Assembly (NCBI GenBank): GCA_963745835.1
Contig: CAVUZH010000024.1
Span: forward strand, 1-64,000
Reading direction: 5' to 3'
From: an uncultured delta proteobacterium
Lineage (GTDB): Bacteria; Desulfobacterota; Binatia; UBA9968
DNA length: 64,000 bases
A model generated the notes under the pieces. The model was given only the letters and a program-made list of their open reading frames with translations. It did not search any database and was not told the origin of the DNA. Below are positions 49,177 to 57,479 of the stretch, piece after piece; the first letter of the stretch is position 1, and the number at the start of each line of letters is the position of its first letter. Made by a program: the position numbers and the translations under genes.

Positions 49177-50151
49177 TCATACGTAAGGAAGCACTTCTTC
49201 CATACATCGCTTAAGTAATCCCATTTGGTCCCAGCCCGTCAAACGCATGGTGATCATTTTGATTCCAACATCTATATACTGTCGCAGTCGAGTGATGCAT
49301 TGCTCCGGCGATCCGTATGCTAACCAGCTCTCCACGACCTCGGGTTTAAAATTCGTCATGTAGTAGGCGTTAAGAAAGCGGGTGGATTCCTCGAAGGCTG
49401 CTTTGCGGTCCTCGTTAATGTTGATGTTGTAATATAGAGCGGTGCTCAGGGTGTCTGGATCACGCCCGTACTCCCGCATAAAGCCGGAAATAGACTTCAG
49501 TGTCGATCGGTAGTCTTCGGGATTTCCTTGAGCAGCCATATAGCCGTCCGCCATCCGCGCTGTGCGTCGCTGCGCTCGCTCGATAAATTTCGGCATACCT
49601 TTGTGAGAGTGGGCAATCCATATCGGCGGTCGCGGTTTCTGTGCAGGCTTGGGTTCAACGGTAACATCCTCAAAATTGTAGTAGTTTCCCTTGAAGCTTA
49701 CGTGATCCTCGCTCCATAGACGTTTGAAGATTTCAATCTGTTCCTCCATTCGCGGAGCGCGATCCTTGCGTTCCATATTGTAAGTGTGCGCCTCTTTGCC
49801 TTGGGCATCCGCGGAACCCAGACCCGTGCAGGCGACGAAGACTGTGCGTCCCGCCGAAATCAGGTCTAGACTAGCCCATTGAGTCGCTAAGGTAATCGGA
49901 TGTCTTAGTGCCATACTGGCCATACACGCGGGACCCATCTTGACCCTTTTGGTGCGTGCAGCGACAGCCGAGAGCAGCGCCACAGCTTCAAGCCGAGGTT
50001 TGGCAAGGATGCTATCGCCAACCCACACCCAATCGTAAACGCTTGACGTGTCGGCTATCTCGCTCATCTGTAACATCTGCTCAACAGTGGTTACGCCGAT
50101 GACGACGCCTCGATTCGCGAGGGTCAGTCCGAACTGGACGTTGTTAGCCAT
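49177..50151 (-). CDS. LLM-class (luciferase-like) flavin- or F420-dependent oxidoreductase
   Basis: WVWVGDS, LRHP, LDLIS.GR, PKPAQKPRPPIW, GSPEQC. Confidence 0.9.
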   Translation of the reverse strand: MANNVQFGLTLANRGVVIGVTTVEQMLQMSEIADTSSVYDWVWVGDSILAKPRLEAVALLSAVAARTKRVKMGPACMASMALRHPITLATQWASLDLISAGRTVFVACTGLGSADAQGKEAHTYNMERKDRAPRMEEQIEIFKRLWSEDHVSFKGNYYNFEDVTVEPKPAQKPRPPIWIAHSHKGMPKFIERAQRRTARMADGYMAAQGNPEDYRSTLKSISGFMREYGRDPDTLSTALYYNININEDRKAAFEESTRFLNAYYMTNFKPEVVESWLAYGSPEQCITRLRQYIDVGIKMITMRLTGWDQMGLLKRCMEEVLPYV

Positions 50152-50181
50152 GTTTCCTCCTCGTGGTTAGAGTTCGCAATT

Positions 50182-51855
50182 TTATGGTTTCTTCTTTGAG
50201 GTTTCATTTGTTTTGGCAAAGTCGCTGTGGCTGCGGTGTTGGCGTCGAAAATCATCGATGCGACTTCCTGGAGGCGTCGGCTCGCGGCGCGCCACCAGTT
50301 TCTCACCAGTCTCAAAATGTCTGCCCTCGGTCGCCAGTCTCGCCTCCTCCTGGGCTTCGGCGGTCCAAAGACCCAGCGAATAGCCGAACCAAGGATTCTT
50401 TAGTTCCAGAGTCGGTAAATCCAACTCCTTCCATAGCTCTTTAGCATGCTCCATGTACTCACGTGCCGGCAACGAAATGGGCGGAAAAGGACACTTGGCC
50501 GTCGCATCAATTAATAGAGCCGAATCTGTCTTGTCGTAACTGTTACCATCGGCGAGAAAGCGAAGAGGGCCGTGTGGAAGTGGCCGGGGCTGGATTATGC
50601 GTATATCTCGGTGCGGTTGGGAGCGATTGACGATCGCCCAGTTTACCGCCATAGGATCTTCCGCGTCGATGTCATCATCCACCGCAACGATGATCTTGGA
50701 ACGAGTTCGCGTTCCCAGTAGAGCATACATGGCATCCCATGGTTCGATGTCGCTCACTTTTTTCATTTTGATTACGCCGTACTGTCGATTGAGCAATTGT
50801 TCGTAGAACACTACCCGCTGCACGCCTTTGAATCCGTGGTGCTCGCGTAGCAGCTTCAGAGCAGAAGTTTCGTAAGCCCGCTGTTTAGTTTTGCTGCTTT
50901 CGCTGGGTGTCAGTTGGCTGATAATAGAGACCCAAATCGGCTCCCGCCGGTGCGTAATGCCGGTGACTTCAAAATAAGGTGAAAAGGTGCGCGGATCCGA
51001 GTACCCGTGGGATTCACCAAAAGAGCCTTCCGGTTCCAGCCCATCCGTATGGATCAATCCTTCAACGACGATCTCCGCATCGGCAGGAACCTCCAGGTCT
51101 ACGGTTTCCGCTTTGACAAGAGGTATCGGTGCATCTATCAAACCTCCGGCGATCGCAAGTTCGTCTATACCGTAGGGAACGGTCTGGATAGCTGCATAAG
51201 CCACTGCTACGGGACCGCCAATGACGGCTGCTGCTTCAAGTGGCTTACCTCGCGCGTTGGCTTTAGCCCAGTTAGTTGCCGTGTTATTCCCATCACCGAT
51301 ATAAAGTCCCGTGTGAAGCGGCCCTTTGATCTGAGCTCGGTACATACCCATATTTCGAGTACCGGTGTCGGGATCCTTCGTAATCCAGCAGGCGGCTGTG
51401 AAGTAAGGCGCGTTATCGAACCCTGGAGTCGATATAGGAATCGGAAATTCTTCCAGCCCACCGTGGTCAAGCAGATTTTTGCCTGTGTGAATGACTTCTT
51501 TGACTTTTCCCGTTTTGACTGATGTCGGTGCAACGGGATTCGAGAGAGCCTTATTCCAGCGAGTCACAATTTCTTCTGGAGCACACTGTAATCCCAACGC
51601 ATAAATCTCCTCAGACGCAGCCAACCCTCCGACAAGAACAGGGATCTCATAGCCTCGATCTCGCGCATCGGTGACTTTCCGAAACAGGAATGCCCGCCGT
51701 TTTTCTTCTGGCAGACCCCGGAACTGAAGCCGGACCAGAGGATGAAGCTCGCTGTCCTTATTTACAACCCTGTCGATCTCTACGAGCAAACCTTTGTCCG
51801 CCAGGGCTTTGATGTGATCGCGGAGATCACGATAGTAACCGATTGTGGGGCTCAT
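50182..51855 (-). CDS. UbiD family (prFMN-dependent) decarboxylase
   Basis: DLRDHI, PIPISTPGFD, NMGMYR, EGSFGESHGY, VDDDID, IDATAK. Confidence 0.9.
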   Translation of the reverse strand: MSPTIGYYRDLRDHIKALADKGLLVEIDRVVNKDSELHPLVRLQFRGLPEEKRRAFLFRKVTDARDRGYEIPVLVGGLAASEEIYALGLQCAPEEIVTRWNKALSNPVAPTSVKTGKVKEVIHTGKNLLDHGGLEEFPIPISTPGFDNAPYFTAACWITKDPDTGTRNMGMYRAQIKGPLHTGLYIGDGNNTATNWAKANARGKPLEAAAVIGGPVAVAYAAIQTVPYGIDELAIAGGLIDAPIPLVKAETVDLEVPADAEIVVEGLIHTDGLEPEGSFGESHGYSDPRTFSPYFEVTGITHRREPIWVSIISQLTPSESSKTKQRAYETSALKLLREHHGFKGVQRVVFYEQLLNRQYGVIKMKKVSDIEPWDAMYALLGTRTRSKIIVAVDDDIDAEDPMAVNWAIVNRSQPHRDIRIIQPRPLPHGPLRFLADGNSYDKTDSALLIDATAKCPFPPISLPAREYMEHAKELWKELDLPTLELKNPWFGYSLGLWTAEAQEEARLATEGRHFETGEKLVARREPTPPGSRIDDFRRQHRSHSDFAKTNETSKKKP

Positions 51856-51924
51856 TTATCACTCCGTATTTGCCTATTATCCTGCTCACTGACATCATTC
51901 CACGTTGTGGAAACTATGACTGGC

Positions 51925-53307
51925 TCAGGCTTGCGCATATTTGCACCAGATATTGGCCGCATATTTGATCCCCTCAATAAAATGACCTGTTGTAATAAAT
52001 TCATTAGGTGCATGGCCGCGCCATTTGGGAGGTCCGATGCCACTTGCCGCCCCTTCGATACCAAGACGGCTGGCGAGCCAGGGTCCTTGCCGACCCGAAG
52101 CCTCACCTGTGGGCTTGATCATCGGTTCTAAACGGTAACTTTCTTTGGCTGCGGCGATGAGAGTTTGCGCAATCTTACTTCGGAATGGAGTTCTCGACGG
52201 CTCAATATGGCCTAGAGATTGAGTCTCAATATCCGGGAAGCCGTGCTGGATTAGGTGTCTTTTTACTTTCTCCAAAATGTCACTAGGATTTTGCTTGTGA
52301 ACCAACCGAAAATCGACCTTGACTGTAGCTTCCGCAGGCACAATAGTTTTCATGCCTTCCCCCAGATGGCCCGCCTTAAAACCAGAAATATTGCAAGTAG
52401 GTTGGAAGAGCAGTCTCTCGCAAGCCGCCGTCCCTTGAATACCGAGTATGAAGTGATCCACCCCGTATTCTTCCAGGTGTGATTGATCATCCCAGCCTGA
52501 ATCGCGCAACAACTTTAATTCTTCTTCGGTCGGAGCCAGAATGTCATCGTAAAAATTGTCAATCAAAATGCGCTCGTTTTCGTTCTTCATCGATTGGAGT
52601 GCCCATATCAATCTCCAAGCAGGATTCTCCACAAGCCGAGCCCGAGCAGAATGGAGATCTCTCTTGGGACCTTTGGCCTTCATTTCCAGGTAAAGAAGGC
52701 CACTGGAGCCGAGCTGAATACGCGGGCGCCCGGATGCGTCGAAGCCGCCATCGAATGACAAAACCCCGTCTGCCTTGAGCAATTCACGTTGGCTTTCCAC
52801 GAAACCAGGCAGGCTCGGACTACCGATCTCTTCCTCGCCATCGAAGAGAAACTTAAGATTCAGCGGCACATCTTGTCCTGTTCGTATGAAAGCCTCCACG
52901 GCTTTCAGATGGCTCAACAAATTGCCTTTACTGTCAGTAGATCCTCGTCCGATAATTCTGTCTCCGATCATCCTCGCTTCAAACGGGGGTTGTTCCCATG
53001 CATCCAAGGGCTCGACTGGTTGGACATCATAGTGGTTGTAAATTAGCAATGTTTTCTTCCCATTGCCGGATTTATGGTGACCGAATACTACCGGTTGACC
53101 ATCGGTTTGGAGAACGTCGGCTTCAATGCCGAGTTCGTGCATCATGCCACGGATCAACTCGGCACATTCTTTGACTCCATTGTTTTGGCTCGAAATACTG
53201 GGTTGCCGAACCAGATTTCTGAGTTCCTCCACAAATTTGCCCTGCTGGGAATCGACGTATCGACCGATTGCCCCTAAGTCACAGGAACTATTTGATGTTA
53301 TAGTCAT
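51925..53307 (-). CDS. M20/M25/M40 dipeptidase-like metallohydrolase
   Basis: YNHYDVQP, GRG.TD.KG, GEEEIGS, HAPNE. Confidence 0.92.
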   Translation of the reverse strand: MTITSNSSCDLGAIGRYVDSQQGKFVEELRNLVRQPSISSQNNGVKECAELIRGMMHELGIEADVLQTDGQPVVFGHHKSGNGKKTLLIYNHYDVQPVEPLDAWEQPPFEARMIGDRIIGRGSTDSKGNLLSHLKAVEAFIRTGQDVPLNLKFLFDGEEEIGSPSLPGFVESQRELLKADGVLSFDGGFDASGRPRIQLGSSGLLYLEMKAKGPKRDLHSARARLVENPAWRLIWALQSMKNENERILIDNFYDDILAPTEEELKLLRDSGWDDQSHLEEYGVDHFILGIQGTAACERLLFQPTCNISGFKAGHLGEGMKTIVPAEATVKVDFRLVHKQNPSDILEKVKRHLIQHGFPDIETQSLGHIEPSRTPFRSKIAQTLIAAAKESYRLEPMIKPTGEASGRQGPWLASRLGIEGAASGIGPPKWRGHAPNEFITTGHFIEGIKYAANIWCKYAQA

Positions 53308-53310
53308 ATT

Positions 53311-53868
53311 TCAAATTCCGCCTCCAGAATTGTAAAGCTCACTCGTAGCCGAGATGACATTAGAGTCGTACAGTTTGTATATGTTCATTTGCTCCAACGG
53401 AGGTGTGTACACGTGCAATGAGATCGTGTTGATCGATAGCGGTTGAAGGTTTGATACCTGGTGAATAGTACTTTGCGTCTCGAGTTGAATACTTCCCGAT
53501 TGATAATCTTCAGACGCAATGGGTTTAATCATTCCATTTGGAGCAACGGCGAACAGGCTCTCTGTTAGAACGCCTTGAAGCACTTTTACACCGCCTAGGG
53601 AACGGCCATGGTCGTGGATTAACGAACGCTGGCCGCTTTTCCAGCAGATCATGAGAATTTCGAACATCTCGTCCCGATAGACTGTATTCCTCGCATAGCC
53701 TCGTTCTCGAAAGGACGCGTATCGAGATATCTCGACTTCCGGAATTGCTAATAGTTCCAGCAGTTCGATAAGTCGCGGGCCATCGAGGGTAGAACTTTCG
53801 TGTTTCAATTGGTCAATAATGTTTGCTATCGAGAGTTTCTGATTCATTGCTGGCAAAGCTGTAAGCAC
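53311..53868 (-). CDS. Cysteine dioxygenase family protein (Arg-type)
   Basis: YARN, W..GQ.S.IHDH, IHQV.N, SLHVY.PP: three His ligands and the Ser-His-Tyr motif. Confidence 0.88.
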   Translation of the reverse strand: MLTALPAMNQKLSIANIIDQLKHESSTLDGPRLIELLELLAIPEVEISRYASFRERGYARNTVYRDEMFEILMICWKSGQRSLIHDHGRSLGGVKVLQGVLTESLFAVAPNGMIKPIASEDYQSGSIQLETQSTIHQVSNLQPLSINTISLHVYTPPLEQMNIYKLYDSNVISATSELYNSGGGI

Positions 53869-53877
53869 TGTGCCGTT

Positions 53878-54681
53878 TTAGTTATAAACAATACGTTTAA
53901 TTTTCTCTGTGCGGTTCTGTCTTGGGCTCCTACTAGGATAGTCGAGCTCATCAGACAATTTCTCAGCCACACCTTTTACAAGCGTACCCAAACGGTCAAC
54001 CCCGAATCGCTTCATACGTTCTATAGGTCCAATAATTGCCAAGCTGCCGACTACTGCGCCACAACTGAATACAGGTGCGGCAATCCCTGCCGTATCAAGA
54101 GACTTTTCCTTCAGGCTAACGGCGTAGCCCCTTCTCCTAATTCCGTCTATCTTTTTCCAAATTTGTTTTTGCGTCGTAGGCGTGAAGGATGTGTATGGCA
54201 AGAATTTTTTGTTGCCTAGGATGGATTTGATCTCTTCATCGGGAAGCATAGCCAGTATGGCCGGTCCTGAAGATCCGACGTAGAGTGGTCGGGGAATACC
54301 AGTTTGGGAAACGGTCCTGGTTTCTTGTGGGCTTTCCCATCGCTCTAAAGTGACGCACATATCAGCTCGGAATCTCTCCGTGTAGCCGACGGTTTCCTGA
54401 CTGGAATCAACCAACGCTTGAATAAAAGGTAGGACCTTCTCTCTAATTACACCATTTCTACGAAACGCCTCCGCAAAAAAGAGAAAAGCGGGACCCAGAG
54501 TGATCAATCCATTTTCTGAAAGCTTATGAACAAGGCCTTTTGCCTCCAGCGATATCATAAGCCGATAGACTGTCATCTTGTTCAGTCCGGCCGCCGCTGC
54601 GAGCTCTTTTAACGCAAGAGGTCGACCAGCTCTAGCCAGTGTTTCGAGTATTGCTACGCCTCGAAGAATAGATCGGTTCAT
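53878..54681 (-). CDS. IclR family transcriptional regulator
   Basis: SILRGVAILE, HTH LKELA..GLNKMTVYRL, PLYVGSSG.AILA, IRRRGYA, GIAAPVF. Confidence 0.92.
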   Translation of the reverse strand: MNRSILRGVAILETLARAGRPLALKELAAAAGLNKMTVYRLMISLEAKGLVHKLSENGLITLGPAFLFFAEAFRRNGVIREKVLPFIQALVDSSQETVGYTERFRADMCVTLERWESPQETRTVSQTGIPRPLYVGSSGPAILAMLPDEEIKSILGNKKFLPYTSFTPTTQKQIWKKIDGIRRRGYAVSLKEKSLDTAGIAAPVFSCGAVVGSLAIIGPIERMKRFGVDRLGTLVKGVAEKLSDELDYPSRSPRQNRTEKIKRIVYN

Positions 54682-54707
54682 TACAGTATGTGAAATTGGA
54701 TTTTCAT

Positions 54708-54736
54708 TTTTTATTGTAGAGGAAAATTTTTGTCAA
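54708..54736 (-). promoter_or_regulatory. Candidate sigma70 promoter of the IclR-led operon
   Basis: Minus strand TTGACA-N17-TAAAAA in an AT-rich tract just upstream of the IclR ATG; -10 imperfect. Confidence 0.35.
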
Positions 54737-54749
54737 GGCGATCGACTGA

Positions 54750-55736
54750 TATGTCTGAGATACAACACCGTCGTCGATGCCTTGAATGTCAGGAAGTTTT
54801 CAAGGTGCTAAAAGCGCCGCCGGTCGATATGCTGAAATCGGCGTTGGGAGAAATCCGATCCGGAGAAGCAGACACGACTCGATTGGAGCCAAGCGGAGCG
54901 CGAGCGGCTGACGCACGAAGAACAGAAAGCGCGAGCGCATGCCGACCGCTCTTATGGTAGCCTTGAGTGTGTTCACCGCGATGCGCTCGCGAAACTTGAA
55001 AGCGTCTTAGAAGAGAAGGAGAGGATCGAGCAGAAATTCGCCATGGAACCACTGGTGACGGCGACGATGTTCTCTAATCTCTAAGACGGTCAGTTTTGGC
55101 GCATGAAGCTCGCGAATCAATTCGTCGCGGCCGGCAGGTCGCAAGATTGATATAGCTGTCGGGTCGCCCGTTTTGGTAACGGCAACCAAAAGATCTTTGC
55201 GTCGATCCTTTGTTTGGAAGCCGTTACCACAGATGTGATCGATAATGACGAAGATCGCAAGATCTGCAAAATTGACGTTCTTAGATTTGTCATGCGCCGG
55301 AAGAACCTCCACTGATGAGATTGCGAAAATCACCAGGGACGGGCTTTACAACGTAATGCGGAAATTCCGTCTTAAAGCGCACCGGTCTCGATCTTTGCGA
55401 CAAAAAGCCGATGAGCTTAACCGGGCGGGTCCGATCTCTCGAGTGGATTGCGCAGCACTTTAATCAACAGCATTTAAGAAGTGCGTGGGGAAAGATGTGG
55501 ACACCTGTGATGATGAAGGAGTTACTACGTGGCCCCCGGGACAAAGCTACGTTGCGGAAAAAATTCATCGGAATGCGATCCTAGAGGCCCTCGCACGCGG
55601 TCTCGACTTTCGAGAAATCGCCAATGACTTTAACGAAAAAAAGCTCCGCCGACGGAGGGGTAGCCACTCTTGGACGGCGCGGAGTGACAGGCAGCGGTGG
55701 AACGATCTTAAGCGACTGCAATGTAGCCGGGAATAG
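54750..55736 (+). pseudogene. Decayed C-terminal remnant of a probable recombinase-family gene
   Basis: Fragments in several frames: QEVFKVLKAPPVDMLKSAL, coiled-coil ERERLTHEEQKAR..LAKLESVLEEKERIEQ, and helix repeats SLEWIAQHFNQQHLRSAWGKMWT and LDFREIANDFNEKKL..SHSWTARS, resembling the IA..LN..G....W motif of serine recombinases. Confidence 0.45.
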
Positions 55737-55789
55737 AAAGGCGAAATTCGACCGGACCTGTCGGAATCGGTGGTCTTAAAGAAATCAGC

Positions 55790-57406
55790 ATGATCACGAA
55801 CACAGCAACAAAACAGCAGCAACCGCCGTCATTTACGCCCGGGTATCATCGGAAGAGCAGGTGCAGGGATACTCGATCCAGGCACAGCTCCGAGCATGCC
55901 GCGATTGGGCGGAAAAGCACGGCTACAAAGTTGGCAAAGAATATCTCGACGAGGGCTACTCCGCATCGCGGAATCCTCGAGAAACGTGAATCGTTCAAGG
56001 AGATACTGGGAGATGCGGCTTCGAAGAGCCAACCGTTCAGCACTATCATCGTGCACAACCTCGATCGCTTTTCCCGCGACAGCCTGGAATCCTTTACGTC
56101 CAAGGCAATACTCAAGCGCCACAAGGTCCGCCTGATTTCCGTTCAGGAACCCGTCGTCGGCTCCGACGCGCCGGAAGACGCCTTCATGGAGCACATCCTT
56201 GTCGGAATGGCCGAGTTTTACAGCAAAAACTTAGCCCGAGAAATAAGGAAGGGGCTTACCGAAAGGATTCGACAAGGGTTTCCCGTTTTCAGGCCACCCT
56301 ACGGGTATCGCCGCGAGGTAATCGAAAAACGGGAAGGTCAGATAAGGATCCGCACGATCAGCCGACCGGCAGTTGATGATGCTGCCGCAGGCGTGGTCCG
56401 AAAGATTTTCGAATTATGTGACCGCGGCGTTGGGTACAAAGAAACGCGAACATCCTCAACAACGAGGGCTTTCGAACCACGCTGGGAAAGCGATTTGCGA
56501 GCAACCACGTTTATTGGATTGTACACAATAAAGCTTACGTCGGTGTGCTCGAATATAATTTCCGTGAACGGTACGGCGCGGTCGAGCCGATGACCATCCC
56601 GGGATTTTATCCAGCGATCATCGACCCGCAGATGTTCGAGCAGGTCCAGGCCAAACTTCGCCTCAGTTCCGCGAATTGGCGAAATTCCTACGCGAACCGC
56701 ACCTCATACTTATTGAGCGACCTGGTCATCTGCGATGGATGCGGCCGTCGGTATCTTGGAACGGCCGCAAAAGGCGGCAAATTTCATTACTATGGCTGTG
56801 GCTCTTATCTGAAGGGCGGCAAGCAAACATGCGACTCATCAACAAGACGAAACTCGAGAGCGCAGTCGTAACAAAGGTCATGGAGGAAATACTGACGCCG
56901 ACCAATATCAGGAACTATATCCGACGTGTGATGGAAAGCGCTCGGAATTCAGAAGAGACAAGCCCTTGCCGGAGTACGAGGCGGTCCGAACGGCGCTGAC
57001 TGATTTGCAGAGCCGGCTTAAGCGTTGGGAAAATGCGCTTGAGTCCGGCGAACTTTCGATCGAGCACGCGGCTCAGCGGATAAAGGAACTCCATGAACAG
57101 CGCCAGGAATTGCTCAGAAAGAAAGCGGCTCTCGATGGTGATCGACGCAACCATGAAAAACAGTGTCGGCGATTCCGACGGCGCGAATGGACGCTTACAT
57201 CGCCGAGATGCGGCGTCGGTTAGCGGCCCAAGCAAATCGGGGCAAAAAGGGAATTTCTCCAGGAGGTTCTTAAGGAGGTGAGAGTGCGCGGCGGCAACGT
57301 CACCCTCACCTACAAGCTACCTCTGGCAGCATCTGAGTGTAGGTTCTTTACACCATTAAGATTGGTGGGCCCACCTGGACTCGAACCAGGGACCAACCGG
57401 TTATGA
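55790..57406 (+). pseudogene. Large serine recombinase (resolvase + recombinase + zinc ribbon + coiled coil), about 7 frameshifts
   Basis: AVIYARVSSEEQ (alternate frame near 55830), LDRFSR, MAEFYS.NL, PPYGY, LNNEGFRT, PAIID...FEQVQ, LLS.LVICDGCG, YYGC, KREFLQEVLKEVRV. Confidence 0.88.
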
Positions 57407-57439
57407 GCCGGTGGCTCTAACCAACTGAGCTATGGGCCC
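57363..57439 (-). tRNA. tRNA with CAT anticodon, most likely tRNA-Ile2 (lysidine-modified)
   Basis: GGGCCCATAGCTCAGTTGGTTAGAGCCACCGGCTCATAACCGGTTGGTCCCTGGTTCGAGTCCAGGTGGGCCCACCA, 77 nt with encoded CCA; paired G1-C72 (not an initiator), C4/C5 as in Ile2 tRNAs, and located downstream of rpoD like E. coli ileX. Confidence 0.93.
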
Positions 57440-57479
57440 GTAACAAGGAAATACGCGTGGAATGATAGGAAGCTGATGC

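Larger units (their letters stand above)
1..57362. mobile_element. Putative genomic island integrated at the 3' end of tRNA-Ile2(CAT); left boundary not in window
   Basis: Housekeeping synteny stops at the tRNA 3' end; the adjacent gene is a large serine recombinase pointing at the tRNA, followed by accessory catabolic genes. No second copy of the tRNA end was seen, so the extent is uncertain. Confidence 0.55.

Noticed and set aside
54681-54706. Possible IclR operator (TGAAA-N6-TTTCA) at the IclR start
   Set aside because: Only 5-bp arms in an AT-rich tract; expected by chance.
57363-57439. Calling the CAT tRNA initiator or elongator tRNA-Met
   Set aside because: G1-C72 is paired and the three consecutive G-C anticodon-stem pairs of initiators are absent; acceptor stem and position after rpoD fit Ile2 better, though elongator Met is not strictly excluded.
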